Source: Escherichia coli
GTDB taxonomy: Bacteria; Pseudomonadota; Gammaproteobacteria; Enterobacterales; Enterobacteriaceae
Length of the DNA stretch: 64,000 nt
NCBI RefSeq assembly: GCF_022846255.1
Contig: NZ_AP025682.1
Strand: one strand, 5' to 3'
The stretch's first letter is position 1. Every line of letters starts with the position of its first letter. Below, one piece after another: positions 1-15,234 of this stretch. A model generated the notes under the pieces. It did no database searches. It was not told the DNA's origin and saw nothing but the letters and a program-made list of their open reading frames with translations. The position numbers and the translations under genes are program-made.

Positions 1-40
1 GAAAGATTAATTAACCCCCAAAATATCAAGAGGTTGAAAG

Positions 41-1183
41 ATGGATTTTAATTTAAATGATGAGCAGGAACTGTTTGTCGCCGGTATCCGCGAACTGATG
101 GCCAGCGAAAACTGGGAAGCCTATTTTGCCGAGTGCGACCGTGACAGCGTCTACCCGGAACGTTTTGTCAAAGCCCTGGCGGATATGGGTATCGACAGTC
201 TGCTGATCCCTGAAGAGCACGGTGGTCTGGACGCGGGGTTTGTTACTCTCGCCGCCGTGTGGATGGAACTGGGTCGTCTGGGAGCGCCAACTTACGTGCT
301 GTATCAGTTACCGGGCGGGTTTAACACCTTCCTGCGTGAAGGTACGCAAGAGCAGATCGACAAGATCATGGCTTTCCGCGGCACCGGTAAGCAGATGTGG
401 AACTCAGCGATTACCGAACCGGGCGCAGGCTCCGACGTGGGTAGCCTGAAAACGACTTATACCCGTAGAAATGGTAAGATTTATCTTAATGGTAGTAAGT
501 GTTTTATTACCAGTAGCGCCTACACCCCGTACATCGTGGTGATGGCGCGCGACGGGGCTTCTCCGGACAAACCTGTCTACACCGAATGGTTTGTTGATAT
601 GAGCAAACCGGGCATCAAAGTGACCAAACTTGAAAAGCTCGGTCTGCGTATGGATAGCTGCTGTGAAATCACTTTTGACGACGTGGAACTGGACGAGAAA
701 GACATGTTCGGTCGGGAAGGTAACGGCTTTAACCGCGTCAAAGAAGAGTTCGACCATGAACGTTTCCTGGTAGCCCTGACCAACTACGGTACGGCGATGT
801 GCGCCTTTGAAGATGCGGCGCGCTACGCCAACCAGCGCGTGCAGTTTGGCGAGGCTATTGGTCGTTTCCAGTTGATTCAGGAAAAATTCGCCCACATGGC
901 GATCAAATTAAACTCCATGAAAAACATGCTGTATGAAGCAGCGTGGAAAGCAGACAACGGCACCATCACCTCTGGCGATGCAGCGATGTGCAAATACTTC
1001 TGCGCCAATGCGGCATTTGAAGTGGTGGATAGCGCAATGCAGGTGCTGGGCGGTGTCGGGATTGCGGGCAACCACCGCATCAGCCGCTTCTGGCGTGACC
1101 TGCGTGTAGACCGCGTTTCCGGAGGATCTGACGAAATGCAGATCCTGACGCTGGGTCGCGCGGTGCTGAAGCAATACCGTTAA
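41..1183 (+). CDS. caiA: crotonobetainyl-CoA dehydrogenase CaiA (acyl-CoA dehydrogenase family)
   Basis: 380-aa ORF, full length, recalled match to E. coli CaiA; first gene of caiABCDE run. Confidence 0.95.
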
Positions 1184-1189
1184 GTCCGT

Positions 1190-1280
<91 letters not shown>

Positions 1281-1292
1281 TGCGCTACATAA

Positions 1293-2528
<1,236 letters not shown>

Positions 2529-2600
2529 ACGCGTGGCGTCAGTCAACTTGCCTGACTAGCGCCCGCCCAATAACAAACGAACAAAATGGATAGAGGTGCA

Positions 2601-4154
2601 ATGGATATCATTGGCGGACAACATCTACGTCAAATGTGGGACGATCTGGCGGACGTTTACGGTCATAAAACGGCGCTGATTTGTGAATCCAGCGGCGGAG
2701 TCGTTAACCGGTATAGTTATCTTGAGTTAAATCAGGAAATTAACCGCACGGCAAACCTGTTTTATACGCTGGGGATTCGCAAAGGCGACAAGGTTGCTCT
2801 ACATCTCGACAACTGCCCGGAATTTATCTTTTGCTGGTTCGGGTTGGCAAAAATTGGCGCGATTATGGTGCCGATTAACGCCCGCCTGTTGCGCGAAGAA
2901 AGCACGTGGATCCTGCAAAATAGCCAGGCATGCCTGCTGGTGACCAGTGCGCAATTTTATCCTATGTATCAACAGATTCAGCAGGAAGATGCCACGCAGT
3001 TGCGGCACATTTGCCTGACAGATGTGGCACTTCCCGCTGATGATGGCGTGAGTTCGTTTACTCAACTGAAAAATCAACAACCTGCCACCTTGTGCTATGC
3101 ACCCCCGCTATCGACTGACGATACGGCGGAAATTCTCTTCACCTCCGGCACCACCTCCCGACCGAAAGGTGTGGTGATTACCCATTACAACCTGCGCTTC
3201 GCTGGATATTACTCCGCCTGGCAGTGCGCACTGCGTGACGATGACGTCTACCTGACGGTAATGCCTGCGTTTCATATTGACTGCCAGTGTACTGCGGCGA
3301 TGGCGGCGTTTTCTGCCGGGGCCACCTTTGTGCTGGTCGAGAAATACAGCGCCCGCGCCTTCTGGAAACAGGTACAGAAGTACCGTGCCACCGTCACCGA
3401 ATGTATTCCGATGATGATCCGTACGTTGATGGTGCAGCCGCCTTCTACGAACGATCGGCAACACTGTCTGCGGGAAGTGATGTTTTATCTCAACCTGTCG
3501 GAGCAGGAAAAAGACGCCTTTTGTGAACGCTTCGGCGTTCGCTTGCTGACGTCTTATGGGATGACGGAAACCATTGTTGGCATTATCGGCGATCGCCCCG
3601 GCGATAAGCGTCGCTGGCCGTCGATTGGTCGGGCGGGGTTTTGCTACGAAGCGGAGATCCGCGACGATCACAATCGCCCGCTCCCGGCAGGTGAAATCGG
3701 TGAAATCTGTATTAAAGGCGTACCAGGGAAAACCATCTTCAAAGAGTATTTTCTCAACCCGAAAGCCACTGCGAAAGTGCTGGAAGCCGATGGCTGGCTA
3801 CATACCGGCGATACCGGATACCGCGACGAAGAGGGCTTTTTTTATTTCGTCGATCGCCGCTGCAATATGATCAAACGCGGTGGCGAGAATGTCTCCTGCG
3901 TGGAGCTCGAAAATATCATCGCCACCCATCCCAAAATTCAGGATATCGTGGTTGTGGGTATTAAAGATTCGATTCGCGATGAAGCCATCAAAGCATTTGT
4001 GGTGCTGAATGAAGGTGAAACATTGAGCGAAGAGGAATTCTTCTGCTTCTGTGAACAGAATATGGCGAAATTTAAAGTGCCCTCTTATCTGGAGATCAGA
4101 AAAGATCTGCCACGTAATTGCTCGGGGAAAATAATTAGAAAGAATCTGAAATAA
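2601..4154 (+). CDS. caiC: carnitine/crotonobetaine--CoA ligase CaiC (AMP-binding family)
   Basis: ORF 2586..4154; start placed at MDIIGG (517 aa) as in the K-12 protein; alternative upstream ATG at 2586. Confidence 0.9.
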   Translation: MDIIGGQHLRQMWDDLADVYGHKTALICESSGGVVNRYSYLELNQEINRTANLFYTLGIRKGDKVALHLDNCPEFIFCWFGLAKIGAIMVPINARLLREESTWILQNSQACLLVTSAQFYPMYQQIQQEDATQLRHICLTDVALPADDGVSSFTQLKNQQPATLCYAPPLSTDDTAEILFTSGTTSRPKGVVITHYNLRFAGYYSAWQCALRDDDVYLTVMPAFHIDCQCTAAMAAFSAGATFVLVEKYSARAFWKQVQKYRATVTECIPMMIRTLMVQPPSTNDRQHCLREVMFYLNLSEQEKDAFCERFGVRLLTSYGMTETIVGIIGDRPGDKRRWPSIGRAGFCYEAEIRDDHNRPLPAGEIGEICIKGVPGKTIFKEYFLNPKATAKVLEADGWLHTGDTGYRDEEGFFYFVDRRCNMIKRGGENVSCVELENIIATHPKIQDIVVVGIKDSIRDEAIKAFVVLNEGETLSEEEFFCFCEQNMAKFKVPSYLEIRKDLPRNCSGKIIRKNLK

Positions 4155-4262
4155 ATGAAACGGCAGGGAACTACCCTGCCAGCTAATAATCACGCTCTAA
4201 AACAATATGCATTTTTTGCAGGGATGTTGTCGTCCCTGAAAAAGCAAAAATGGAGAAAAGGA

Positions 4263-5048
4263 ATGAGTGAATCATTACATCTGACCCGCAATGGATCAAT
4301 TCTGGAAATTACCCTTGATCGTCCAAAAGCGAATGCTATTGATGCAAAAACCAGCTTTGAAATGGGCGAAGTATTTCTAAATTTCCGTGACGATCCGCAA
4401 TTACGTGTCGCCATTATTACCGGTGCCGGAGAGAAATTCTTTTCCGCGGGCTGGGATTTAAAAGCGGCAGCAGAAGGCGAAGCACCGGATGCTGACTTTG
4501 GCCCGGGAGGTTTTGCGGGATTAACCGAAATTTTCAATCTCGACAAACCGGTCATCGCCGCTGTGAACGGCTATGCCTTTGGCGGCGGCTTTGAACTGGC
4601 GCTGGCGGCAGATTTTATTGTTTGTGCCGATAACGCCAGCTTCGCCCTACCGGAAGCCAAACTGGGCATCGTTCCTGACAGCGGCGGCGTGCTGCGTCTG
4701 CCGAAGATCCTGCCGCCTGCCATCGTCAATGAAATGGTGATGACCGGCAGACGAATGGGCGCAGAAGAGGCGCTGCGTTGGGGGGTAGTCAACCGCGTGG
4801 TTAGCCAGGCGGAACTGATGGATAACGCCCGCGAACTGGCGCAGCAGCTGGTTAACAGCGCTCCGCTGGCGATTGCGGCGCTGAAAGAGATCTACCGCAC
4901 CACCAGTGAAATGCCGGTAGAAGAAGCGTATCGCTATATTCGCAGCGGCGTGTTGAAACACTATCCATCGGTTCTGCATTCGGAGGATGCCATTGAAGGG
5001 CCGCTGGCGTTTGCCGAGAAGCGCGATCCAGTGTGGAAAGGACGTTAA
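4263..5048 (+). CDS. caiD: carnitinyl-CoA dehydratase CaiD (enoyl-CoA hydratase family)
   Basis: ORF 4155..5048; start placed at MSESLHL (261 aa); crotonase fold motifs. Confidence 0.9.
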   Translation: MSESLHLTRNGSILEITLDRPKANAIDAKTSFEMGEVFLNFRDDPQLRVAIITGAGEKFFSAGWDLKAAAEGEAPDADFGPGGFAGLTEIFNLDKPVIAAVNGYAFGGGFELALAADFIVCADNASFALPEAKLGIVPDSGGVLRLPKILPPAIVNEMVMTGRRMGAEEALRWGVVNRVVSQAELMDNARELAQQLVNSAPLAIAALKEIYRTTSEMPVEEAYRYIRSGVLKHYPSVLHSEDAIEGPLAFAEKRDPVWKGR

Positions 5049-5053
5049 CAACC

Positions 5054-5644
5054 GTGAGCTATTACGCCTTTGAGGGGTTAATTCCGGTTGTTCACCCGAC
5101 GGCGTTTGTCCATCCCAGTGCAGTATTGATTGGCGATGTGATTGTGGGAGCCGGTGTCTACATCGGCCCACTCGCCTCACTGCGTGGTGACTACGGGCGG
5201 TTGATCGTGCAAGCGGGAGCCAATATTCAGGATGGCTGCATTATGCATGGCTACTGCGACACTGACACCATCGTTGGGGAAAACGGTCATATCGGGCACG
5301 GAGCGATCCTGCATGGTTGTGTGATTGGTCGCGATGCACTGGTCGGGATGAACAGCGTGATTATGGATGGCGCGGTCATTGGCGAAGAGAGCATTGTTGC
5401 CGCTATGAGCTTTGTCAAAGCGGGCTTTCGCGGCGAGAAACGCCAGTTGTTGATGGGTACGCCAGCCCGCGCTGTACGCAGCGTGAGTGACGACGAGTTA
5501 CACTGGAAACGGTTGAATACCAAAGAGTATCAGGATCTTGTCGGGCGCTGTCATGCAGCGTTACATGAAACGCAGCCACTGAGGCAAATGGAGGAAAATC
5601 GCCCCCGTTTGCAGGGGACGACGGATGTGACGCCGAAACGGTGA
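5054..5644 (+). CDS. caiE: carnitine operon protein CaiE (hexapeptide-repeat transferase-like)
   Basis: ORF 5033..5644; GTG start at 5054 gives 196 aa beginning SYYAFEG. Confidence 0.85.
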   Translation: MSYYAFEGLIPVVHPTAFVHPSAVLIGDVIVGAGVYIGPLASLRGDYGRLIVQAGANIQDGCIMHGYCDTDTIVGENGHIGHGAILHGCVIGRDALVGMNSVIMDGAVIGEESIVAAMSFVKAGFRGEKRQLLMGTPARAVRSVSDDELHWKRLNTKEYQDLVGRCHAALHETQPLRQMEENRPRLQGTTDVTPKR

Positions 5645-5645
5645 T

Positions 5646-5745
5646 CTTTCCGGATGCGGCGTAAACGCCTTATCCGACCTGGCTGGAAAGCAACCGTAGG
5701 CCGGATAAGATGCGCCATGAACTGCATCCGGCAACCAGGCTGCGT
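5646..5745. repeat. REP-type palindromic intergenic repeat
   Basis: ccggatgcggcgtaaacgccttatccg...ggccggataagatgcgcc...gcatccggca between caiE and caiF. Confidence 0.6.
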
Positions 5746-5763
5746 GGTATCAACGAAATGACA

Positions 5764-6159
5764 TTAACGACGCATACTCTTTGACAACATCATCTGCCAC
5801 TTCTGCTCGCGGTTAAGTTCCGTGAGCGGAACGGCAGGAATACGCGGCGTCTTTCTTACGCCGACTAATTTATCCCGGCTGTTATTGCGCAGACGCGCGT
5901 AAATTTGCTCATCGATATCAACCACTTTTACCAGTCGCTGGCACTGGCATCCCCGCCCTTCCAGCTTATTAGGGATCATCTTAACTTCGCAGCTTATTTC
6001 TGTGACTTCCGACAGAATATAAGTCAGGGTATTAACCGCCTTGCTGTGTTCAATATCGAAATGAATAGAGATCTCTCTTGCTATCACCCACCGGTTTTCA
6101 GCCATCATCCATTCGGCGATTAACAAATAGAGTGGTTTTTCAACACATCCTTCACACAT
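5764..6159 (-). CDS. caiF: transcriptional activator of cai/fix operons CaiF
   Basis: ORF 5764..6264; start placed at MCEG (131 aa); divergent from caiE as in E. coli. Confidence 0.85.
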   Translation of the reverse strand: MCEGCVEKPLYLLIAEWMMAENRWVIAREISIHFDIEHSKAVNTLTYILSEVTEISCEVKMIPNKLEGRGCQCQRLVKVVDIDEQIYARLRNNSRDKLVGVRKTPRIPAVPLTELNREQKWQMMLSKSMRR

Positions 6160-6419
6160 ACGAACTCCAGTTTCACAAATTAAAAGACTGGCTATGACTC
6201 GTTTTGCAGCAATTAAACAAGGCCATATTAAAATTGTGGATATATCGATAGTATGCAACTTCACCGTCGATAAGTGTGAGCTAAATCCTGCTTATGTCAT
6301 CAAAAATATCGATTCCCCAAAAGATTTACTTAATGGGCAAAAAAAACGGTCCTCATCAGAGAACCGTATTAGTTATTCGATCAAATTAGCGGATGAAAAA
6401 TATCCGCCATGACACGCTA

Positions 6420-9400
6420 TTATTTGATCTGCGCGTGCATTTCCTGCACCGAAATTACTTTTTCGGTCGCATCGGCATTCAGCGCCATCGCGGTGGCAAA
6501 GCCGCCGTTCAGGGTGGTGTCGTAATGCACTTTATATTGCAGCGCACTGCGACGGATCACGCGGGAGTCTTCAATCGCACGACGACCTGAGGTGGTGTTG
6601 ATGATGTAGGTATATTCGCCATTCTTAATACGGTCCTGAATGTGCGGACGGCCTTCATGCACCTTGTTCACCAGACGCGGATTGATACCCGCTTCGCCCA
6701 GCACAATCGCCGTGCCGTGAGTCGCATCCAGCTCGAAGCCCTGTTTCAGCAGTTTTGCCGCCAGGTCCACCACGCGTTCTTTATCGCCTTCGCGCACGGA
6801 AAGCAGCGCACGACCGTGTTTCTTCATGGTGGAGTTGCTGCCCAGCTGCGCTTTGGCAAACGCTTCAGCGAAGGTGCGGCCCACGCCCATTACTTCCCCG
6901 GTAGAGCGCATTTCTGGCCCTAACAGCGGGTCAACGCCCGGGAATTTATTGAACGGCAGCACCACTTCTTTCACCGAGTAGTACGGCGGGATAACTTCTT
7001 TGGTTACGCCCTGCTCAGCCAGCGATTTGCCAGCCATCACACGCGCCGCCACTTTTGCCAGCGGTACGCCGGTGGCTTTGGAGACGAACGGAACGGTACG
7101 CGCCGCACGCGGGTTAACTTCAATCAGGTAGACTTCGTTGTTTTTCACCGCAAACTGCACGTTCATCAGGCCGCGCACCTGCAATTCGAAGGCCAGTTTC
7201 TGCACCTGCTGGCGCATCACATCCTGAATTTCCTGACTTAAGGTGTAGGCTGGCAGCGAACATGCGGAGTCACCGGAGTGCACGCCCGCCTGCTCAATAT
7301 GCTCCATGATGCCGCCAATCAGCACCACTTCGCCGTCGCAGATGGCATCCACGTCAACTTCTACTGCGTCATCAAGGAAGTGGTCCAGCAACACTGGCGC
7401 ATCGTTAGATACGCTGACCGCTGTCTGGAAGTAGCGACGCAGGTCAGCTTCGTCATAGACGATTTCCATCGCCCGACCGCCGAGAACGTAAGACGGACGC
7501 ACCACCAGCGGGTAGCCAATCTCTTTCGCTTTCTCAACCGCCATTTCGATGGTGGTAACGGTGGCGTTCGCCGGTTGTTTCAGTTTCAGACGCTCAACCG
7601 CATGCTGGAAGCGTTCACGGTCTTCCGCACGGTCGATGGCATCCGGGCTGGTACCGATAACCGGTACGCCAGCAGCTTCCAGCGCGCGCGCCAGTTTCAG
7701 CGGGGTCTGACCGCCGTACTGAACGATAACGCCTTTCGGCTTCTCAATACGCACAATTTCCAGCACGTCTTCCAGCGTTACCGGTTCGAAGTAGAGGCGG
7801 TCGGAGGTGTCGTAGTCGGTGGAGACGGTTTCCGGGTTACAGTTAACCATAATGGTTTCGTAACCGTCTTCACGCAGCGCCAGCGAGGCGTGTACACAGC
7901 AGTAGTCGAATTCGATACCCTGACCGATACGGTTCGGGCCGCCGCCGAGCACCATGATTTTTTCACGGTCGGTAGACGGATTCGCTTCGCACTCTTCTTC
8001 ATAAGTGGAGTACATGTAAGCGGTGTCGGTGGCGAACTCTGCCGCACAGGTATCCACGCGCTTATAAACCGGGTGCAGGTCATACTGGTCGCGCAGCTTG
8101 CGGATTTCTGCTTCACGCACGCCCGCGAGTTTTGCCAGACGCGCATCGGCAAAGCCTTTGCGTTTCAGCTGGCGCAGGAAGTCAGCGTTCAGGCCAGTGA
8201 TACCCACTTCCGCCACTTTCTCTTCCAGACGCACCAGTTCTTCAATTTGTACCAGGAACCAGCGGTCAATATTGGTCAGGTTAAAGACGCCGTCTACAGA
8301 CAAGCCCGCACGGAAGGCATCGGCGATGTACCAGATACGCTCAGCGCCTGCATCTTTCAGTTCGCGGCGGATTTTGGTCAGGGCTTCCGGGTCGTCGAGG
8401 CTCACTTTCGGGTCGAAGCCAGTCGCGCCCACTTCGAGGCCGCGCAGGGCTTTTTGCAGAGATTCCTGCTGCGTGCGTCCAATCGCCATCACTTCGCCAA
8501 CCGATTTCATCTGGGTGGTCAGACGGTCGTTCGCACCGACGAATTTCTCGAAGTTAAAGCGAGGAATTTTGGTGACCACATAGTCGATGGACGGTTCGAA
8601 GGAGGCCGGAGTACGCCCGCCGGTGATGTCGTTCATCAGCTCGTCGAGGGTGTAACCCACCGCCAGTTTCGCCGCCACTTTGGCAATCGGGAAGCCGGTG
8701 GCTTTCGACGCCAGCGCCGAAGAACGCGACACACGCGGGTTCATTTCGATAACAATCAGGCGACCGTTCTTCGGGTTCACCGCAAACTGGACGTTAGAAC
8801 CACCGGTTTCAACGCCGATTTCACGCAGTACCGCCATCGAGGCGTTACGCATGATTTGGTATTCTTTGTCGGTCAGTGTTTGCGCTGGCGCTACAGTAAT
8901 AGAGTCACCGGTGTGGATACCCATCGCGTCGAAGTTTTCGATAGAGCAAACGATGATGCAGTTGTCGTTTTTATCACGCACCACTTCCATCTCGTACTCT
9001 TTCCAGCCGATCAGCGACTCATCAATCAGCAGCTCTTTGGTCGGGGAGAGATCCAAACCGCGGGCGCAAATTTCTTCAAATTCTTCACGGTTATAAGCGA
9101 TACCGCCACCGCTACCGCCCATGGTAAAGGATGGGCGAATAATGCACGGGAAGCCAACTTCAGCGGCAACCGCCAGCGCTTCTTCCATTGAATGAGCGAT
9201 ACCGGAACGCGCAGTTTCCAGACCGATTTTCTTCATCGCTACGTCGAAACGGCGGCGGTCTTCGGCTTTATCAATCGCATCGGCAGTGGCACCAATCATG
9301 GTGACGCCGAACTCTTCCAGCACGCCCTGACGCTCAAGCTCCAGCGCACAGTTCAGCGCCGTCTGCCCCCCCATGGTTGGCAGCACCGCGTCCGGGCGCT

Positions 9401-9641
9401 CTTTTTCAATAATCTTGCGTACCACTTCCCAGTGAATCGGCTCGATGTAGGTTGCATCAGCCATTTCCGGGTCGGTCATGATAGTCGCCGGGTTGGAGTT
9501 CACCAGAATGACGCGGTAACCCTCTTCACGCAGGGCTTTACACGCTTGCGCGCCAGAGTAGTCAAACTCACACGCCTGACCGATAACAATCGGGCCCGCA
9601 CCCAGAATCAGGATACTTTTTATATCTGTACGTTTTGGCAT
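6420..9641 (-). CDS. carB: carbamoyl-phosphate synthase large subunit
   Basis: 1073-aa ORF with duplicated ATP-grasp halves; recalled match to CarB. Confidence 0.97.
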   Translation of the reverse strand: MPKRTDIKSILILGAGPIVIGQACEFDYSGAQACKALREEGYRVILVNSNPATIMTDPEMADATYIEPIHWEVVRKIIEKERPDAVLPTMGGQTALNCALELERQGVLEEFGVTMIGATADAIDKAEDRRRFDVAMKKIGLETARSGIAHSMEEALAVAAEVGFPCIIRPSFTMGGSGGGIAYNREEFEEICARGLDLSPTKELLIDESLIGWKEYEMEVVRDKNDNCIIVCSIENFDAMGIHTGDSITVAPAQTLTDKEYQIMRNASMAVLREIGVETGGSNVQFAVNPKNGRLIVIEMNPRVSRSSALASKATGFPIAKVAAKLAVGYTLDELMNDITGGRTPASFEPSIDYVVTKIPRFNFEKFVGANDRLTTQMKSVGEVMAIGRTQQESLQKALRGLEVGATGFDPKVSLDDPEALTKIRRELKDAGAERIWYIADAFRAGLSVDGVFNLTNIDRWFLVQIEELVRLEEKVAEVGITGLNADFLRQLKRKGFADARLAKLAGVREAEIRKLRDQYDLHPVYKRVDTCAAEFATDTAYMYSTYEEECEANPSTDREKIMVLGGGPNRIGQGIEFDYCCVHASLALREDGYETIMVNCNPETVSTDYDTSDRLYFEPVTLEDVLEIVRIEKPKGVIVQYGGQTPLKLARALEAAGVPVIGTSPDAIDRAEDRERFQHAVERLKLKQPANATVTTIEMAVEKAKEIGYPLVVRPSYVLGGRAMEIVYDEADLRRYFQTAVSVSNDAPVLLDHFLDDAVEVDVDAICDGEVVLIGGIMEHIEQAGVHSGDSACSLPAYTLSQEIQDVMRQQVQKLAFELQVRGLMNVQFAVKNNEVYLIEVNPRAARTVPFVSKATGVPLAKVAARVMAGKSLAEQGVTKEVIPPYYSVKEVVLPFNKFPGVDPLLGPEMRSTGEVMGVGRTFAEAFAKAQLGSNSTMKKHGRALLSVREGDKERVVDLAAKLLKQGFELDATHGTAIVLGEAGINPRLVNKVHEGRPHIQDRIKNGEYTYIINTTSGRRAIEDSRVIRRSALQYKVHYDTTLNGGFATAMALNADATEKVISVQEMHAQIK

Positions 9642-9658
9642 GGCTCTTTTACTCCTGA

Positions 9659-10807
9659 TTACTTAGCGGTTTTACGGTACTGCTCAATTAACGCGATAAA
9701 GTGGTCAAACAACGGCGCGGCGTCGTGTGGACCAGGGCTGGCTTCCGGGTGTCCCTGGAAGCTGAACGCCGGTTTATCGGTACGATGAATGCCCTGTAAC
9801 GTACCGTCGAACAGGGATTTATGTGTGACACGCAGGTTTGCAGGTAATGTTGCTTCATCCACCGCAAAACCGTGGTTCTGGGCGGTGATCATCACCACAT
9901 TTTTCTCAACATCTTTAACCGGATGGTTGCCGCCGTGGTGACCAAATTTCATTTTGACAGTCTTCGCACCGCTCGCCAGCGCCAGCAGCTGATGACCGAG
10001 GCAGATGCCGAATACCGGAATATCAGTTTCGAGGAATTTCTGGATAGCGGTAATGGCGTAATCGCACGGGGCCGGGTCGCCAGGACCGTTGGAGAGGAAG
10101 ATGCCGTCCGGATTCATTTTCAGCACATCTTCCGCAGAAGTTTGCGCCGGAACGATGGTCAGGCGACAGCCTCTATCCACCAGCATACGCAGGATGTTGC
10201 GCTTGGCACCGAAATCGTAGGCCACGACGTGGTACGGCAGCTCGTCTTCTTTTTTCGCTTCTGGCAGGCCGCCGGTCAGTGTCCAGCTCCCTTGTGTCCA
10301 GCTATAGGGTTCTGCGGTGGTTACTTCTTTTGCCAGATCCATGCCGTTCAGACCTGGGAACGCGCGGGCTTTTTCTAACGCCAGCGCCGCATCCGGGTTG
10401 TCACCCGCAATAATGCAGCCATTCTGAGCACCTTTCTCACGCAGTAAACGCGTCAGCTTACGGGTATCGATATCGGCAATCGCCACGATGTTATGGCGCT
10501 TCAGGTAAGAAGAGAGGTCTTCGGTATTACGGAAGTTGCTGGCAATCAGCGGCAGGTCGCGAATCACCAGACCTTGGGCATGTACCTGAGAAGATTCTTC
10601 ATCGGCGTCATTAGTGCCGACATTGCCAATATGGGGATAAGTAAGAGTAACGATTTGACGAGAATAGGAAGGATCAGTGAGGATTTCTTGATAACCGGTC
10701 ATTGAAGTATTGAAAACGACTTCCCCAACCGCCGAACCTGTTGCCCCTATGGCCCGACCGTGAAACTGGGTTCCGTCTTCCAGAACCAATAGCGCTGACT
10801 TAATCAA
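9659..10807 (-). CDS. carA: carbamoyl-phosphate synthase small subunit (glutamine amidotransferase)
   Basis: ORF 9659..10834; start placed at TTG (LIKSALLV) with GGAGGG Shine-Dalgarno upstream, giving 382 aa. Confidence 0.93.
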   Translation of the reverse strand: MIKSALLVLEDGTQFHGRAIGATGSAVGEVVFNTSMTGYQEILTDPSYSRQIVTLTYPHIGNVGTNDADEESSQVHAQGLVIRDLPLIASNFRNTEDLSSYLKRHNIVAIADIDTRKLTRLLREKGAQNGCIIAGDNPDAALALEKARAFPGLNGMDLAKEVTTAEPYSWTQGSWTLTGGLPEAKKEDELPYHVVAYDFGAKRNILRMLVDRGCRLTIVPAQTSAEDVLKMNPDGIFLSNGPGDPAPCDYAITAIQKFLETDIPVFGICLGHQLLALASGAKTVKMKFGHHGGNHPVKDVEKNVVMITAQNHGFAVDEATLPANLRVTHKSLFDGTLQGIHRTDKPAFSFQGHPEASPGPHDAAPLFDHFIALIEQYRKTAK

Positions 10808-10814
10808 AACACCC

Positions 10815-10860
10815 TCCAGAGAATATTCACTCACTTTATTTGCATATTAATTCACAATGA
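10815..10860 (-). promoter_or_regulatory. carAB P2 promoter region with tandem ArgR operator boxes
   Basis: minus-strand sequence TGAATTAATATGCAAATAAAGTGAGTGAATATTCTC immediately upstream of carA start matches the ArgR box pattern. Confidence 0.6.
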
Positions 10861-11262
10861 TGACGTAAATCAATGCAAATCTGCTTACCGACGAATTTCT
10901 GGCAAACGGCGGCATTCTGGAGATATGGGCGCTAAAAGTCAACTTAATGGCGGGATTTTTTATATTATTTTGTGGCTCATGCATGTTTTACAGGCATTAA
11001 GCGACAAAAAGATCATATAACATGTTCTGGAAAACGCTTGCGCAGCAAGAAGATTGCATGAAATCAAAATGAGCAGAAAAAAGTGGACCAAATGGTCAAA
11101 ATTTACATTAAAACAACAAAAACAGAATGCAAAACATATAATTTTCAGCATTTGCATTAAATTTAAAAGCATAAAACCAAAAATAAAAGGGCCAAAAATT
11201 AAAGCCCTTTATATTCAATGCATTAAATGTGTTATTTTTGCATCACTATAAATATTTTGTGG

Positions 11263-12099
<837 letters not shown>

Positions 12100-12250
12100 T
12101 TAATTTGCATAGACCGTTTTCAGAGTAACCAGCGCATCGCTACGCCGCCAGCCAAAAACGCTGATAATTAGAAATTAATGATAAACAGGGAGGGATATCA
12201 GTGAAAGGCATGAGTCGATGAATGACTGCATGCCGATAACATGTGACAGG

Positions 12251-13165
12251 TTACGGCACCAGAGCCAGCACCTCAGCTACCCACTGCTGGAAGCCTTTTA
12301 CATTCAGATCCAATGCCACCTGTACATTGGCTGGTTTGCCCAGGCAACCGTCGATATCAACTACCGTCGTGCCTGAGGTAAATTCGCCTTGAGTTTCTAC
12401 CGCGACAAAACACGGCTTGAGGGTGAATAAGTCCGGGCGCACCAGCCAGGCGATGGCGCAGAGATCGTGCATACGTAGTCCACTTTGCATACTGCCGCTA
12501 CGGTAGTGGCTAAACAGGGCGTGGAGCATTTTTCCGGTGCGATTCAACTCCGGCAAAGTAGCGAGATAGTCAGGGGTTAATATTGCCTGATTGGTGACAT
12601 CCAGACCGCACATGACAATTTCGATTCCGCTACGGAAGACACAGGCAGCCGCTTCTGGATCGGCGGCGATATTAAACTCGGCATTTGGTGTACAGTTACC
12701 GCGACCAGCAGAACCGCCCATGATCACCAGACGACGAATATACTGTTTACATTCCGGGCATTGTGAAAGTAACAGCGCAATATTGGTTAACGGGCCAATG
12801 GCTACCAGCGTAACAGGCTCTGGTGCACGCAGCAGGGCATCACGAATCGCCAGAAACGCTGGTATCTCGAGTGGCTTTCGGTTGTGCTCAACAAAGTCGT
12901 AGCCAGCCATTCCCGATTCACCGTGCACAGATGCCGCATCACGCGGTGCGCGTACCAGCGGTACGGCTGCGCCCTGGGCAAGCGGAATCTCCGCATTCCA
13001 GAAATGCAGCAGTTGCAGGGCGTTGCGGGTCGTTTTCTCAACCGAGACATTACCCGCGACGGTGGTCATCAGTTGCAGGTCGAGTTCGGGGGCAAAAATC
13101 GCGGCGGCAATGGCAACGGCATCGTCAATGCCGGGGTCTGTATCGAGGAAGATAGGTAAACGCAT
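12251..13165 (-). CDS. rihC: non-specific ribonucleoside hydrolase RihC
   Basis: 304-aa ORF with N-terminal DTDPGIDD nucleoside hydrolase motif. Confidence 0.93.
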   Translation of the reverse strand: MRLPIFLDTDPGIDDAVAIAAAIFAPELDLQLMTTVAGNVSVEKTTRNALQLLHFWNAEIPLAQGAAVPLVRAPRDAASVHGESGMAGYDFVEHNRKPLEIPAFLAIRDALLRAPEPVTLVAIGPLTNIALLLSQCPECKQYIRRLVIMGGSAGRGNCTPNAEFNIAADPEAAACVFRSGIEIVMCGLDVTNQAILTPDYLATLPELNRTGKMLHALFSHYRSGSMQSGLRMHDLCAIAWLVRPDLFTLKPCFVAVETQGEFTSGTTVVDIDGCLGKPANVQVALDLNVKGFQQWVAEVLALVP

Positions 13166-13230
13166 GTTTTCTCCATAAAAAATGCCGGTAACAAGACCGG
13201 CATTTTCGCATAACTTAGGCTGCTAATGAC

Positions 13231-14181
13231 TTAATCGACTTCACGAATATCGACACGCAGCTCTTTCGGCACTTCGAAAACAATGTTTTCTTCACGACCT
13301 TCCAGCGGAATGGCTTCGCCACCGCCCAGCTGCTGTAAACGTGCGACTACGTTCTGTACCAGAATATCCGGAGCTGATGCGCCAGCAGTCACGCCGACGC
13401 ATTTCGCCTCTTTCACCCACTCTTCCTGGATATCTGTCGCATCGTCAATCAAAAACGCGCGTTTGCCCATACGCTGGGCCAGCTCCGCCAGACGGTTGGA
13501 GTTGGAGGAGTTTTTCGAACCGACCACCAACACCACTTCCGCCTGTTCTGCCAGGGCGCGTACCGCTTCCTGACGGTTAGTCGTGGCGTAGCAGATGTCA
13601 TCTTTGCGCGGACCGACAATTTTCGGGAAGCGTTTACGCAGCGCGTCGATCACATCAGACGTGTCATCCACCGACAGCGTGGTTTGGGTCATAAAGGAGA
13701 GCTTCTCTTCGTTTTTGACCGTCAGTTTCCACACATCGTCTGGCGATTCGACCAGATACATTCCCCCTTCCGGGTTGCTGTACTGACCCATTGTCCCTTC
13801 CACTTCCGGGTGACCGGCGTGGCCGATGAGAATAGATTCTTCGCCACGGCGACTGGCGCGGGCGACTTCCATATGCACTTTGGTCACCAGCGGACAGGTG
13901 GCGTCGAATACCGTCAAATCACGGCTTTTCGCTTCGTTACGTACCGCCTGAGAAACACCGTGTGCGGAGAAAATCAGGATCGCGCCGTCCGGTACTTCGC
14001 TAATCTGCTCAATAAAGATAGCCCCACGCTCGCGCAGGCTATCGACCACATAGCGGTTATGCACCACTTCATGACGGACATATATCGGTGCGCCGTAAAT
14101 GGCCAGCGCGTTTTCAACAATGCTGATAGCGCGGTCTACCCCGGCACAAAAACCACGCGGGTTGGCCAACAGGATCTGCAT
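13231..14181 (-). CDS. ispH: 4-hydroxy-3-methylbut-2-enyl diphosphate reductase
   Basis: ORF 13231..14265; start placed at [15 protein letters not shown] (316 aa). Confidence 0.93.
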   Translation of the reverse strand: MQILLANPRGFCAGVDRAISIVENALAIYGAPIYVRHEVVHNRYVVDSLRERGAIFIEQISEVPDGAILIFSAHGVSQAVRNEAKSRDLTVFDATCPLVTKVHMEVARASRRGEESILIGHAGHPEVEGTMGQYSNPEGGMYLVESPDDVWKLTVKNEEKLSFMTQTTLSVDDTSDVIDALRKRFPKIVGPRKDDICYATTNRQEAVRALAEQAEVVLVVGSKNSSNSNRLAELAQRMGKRAFLIDDATDIQEEWVKEAKCVGVTAGASAPDILVQNVVARLQQLGGGEAIPLEGREENIVFEVPKELRVDIREVD

Positions 14182-14182
14182 G

Positions 14183-14632
14183 TTACGCCTCCAGTGCCGG
14201 ATCGATTTCCAGCACTTCAATATCAAAATGAACGGTCTGCCCGGCCAGCGGATGGTTGAAATCAACGGTAATAGAGTCGCCGTTAATTTCGCGGATCACG
14301 CCAGGCATCTCACTGCCATCCATTGCGGTAAAAAGCATGATTGCGCCAATTTCTGGCTCGCCTGCATCCATAAATTCACGGCGGGAGAAGTACTGAATCA
14401 GGTCCGGTGACGGCACGCCAAACGCCGCATCTGGCTCCAGCGAGAAGGTGGTTTTATCGCCCACTTTCAGCCCCAGCAAGTGTTGCTCCAGCCCTTCAGA
14501 AAGAGAAGCATCACCCAGGCGGAACAGCGCCGGTTTACCGTTGTTGCGGGTAGACTCGGCAGTGGTGCCATCGTCGAGTTTTAGCGTGAAATGCACCAGG
14601 ACGGCGCTATTGCTCTGTACAGATTCAGACAT
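14183..14632 (-). CDS. fkpB: FKBP-type peptidyl-prolyl cis-trans isomerase
   Basis: 149-aa ORF, recalled match to FkpB. Confidence 0.93.
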
Positions 14633-14654
14633 GCAGGTTTGCTCTTATATTTTG

Positions 14655-14740
14655 AGGATTTTTGCCGGATGCGGCCTACGATTTCGCAGCAATCTGTAGG
14701 CCGGATAAGATGCGTCAGCATCGCATCCGGCAGGGTTTAT
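14655..14740. repeat. REP-type palindromic intergenic repeat
   Basis: tgccggatgcggcctacg...gtaggccggataagatgcg...gcatccggca between fkpB and lspA. Confidence 0.6.
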
Positions 14741-15234
14741 TATTGTTTTTTCGCTTTAGAAGGTAAAAAACCTTCCAGCACAATCAGTGCCGCACCGACA
14801 CAAATGGCAGTATCGGCAAGGTTGAAGGTAGCGAAGTGCCAGTCGCCGACGTAGAAGTCGATCATATCGACAACGAAGCCGTGCCACAGGCGGTCGAACA
14901 GGTTGCCCAGCGCGCCGCCAATAATCAGCGCGTAAGCGATATTGTTTAGCTTCTGCGTGGCCTTCGAGCGATACATCATCACCATCAGGATCACGCTAAT
15001 ACCAATCGCAATACCGGCAAAGAACCAACGCTGCCAGCCACCGCTATCGGCAAGGAAACTAAACGCCGCGCCATAGTTACGCGCATAATGCAGATTAAGC
15101 GACGGGAACAGCGGGACCGTATCCCCCAGAGCAAAGTTCTGGAGGATCAGGTATTTGCTGCCCAGATCGATAATCAGCACGACTACCACCAGCCACAGCC
15201 AGCGTAGCCCTGTTGAACAGATCGATTGACTCAT
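14740..15234 (-). CDS. lspA: lipoprotein signal peptidase II
   Basis: 164-aa ORF; 1-nt overlap with ileS stop. Confidence 0.95.
   Translation of the reverse strand: MSQSICSTGLRWLWLVVVVLIIDLGSKYLILQNFALGDTVPLFPSLNLHYARNYGAAFSFLADSGGWQRWFFAGIAIGISVILMVMMYRSKATQKLNNIAYALIIGGALGNLFDRLWHGFVVDMIDFYVGDWHFATFNLADTAICVGAALIVLEGFLPSKAKKQ

Noticed and set aside
7278-9191. 637-aa ORF on the plus strand inside carB
   Set aside because: Antisense to a well-supported 1073-aa gene; Arg/Val/His-rich low-complexity translation typical of open antisense frames in GC-rich biased genes.
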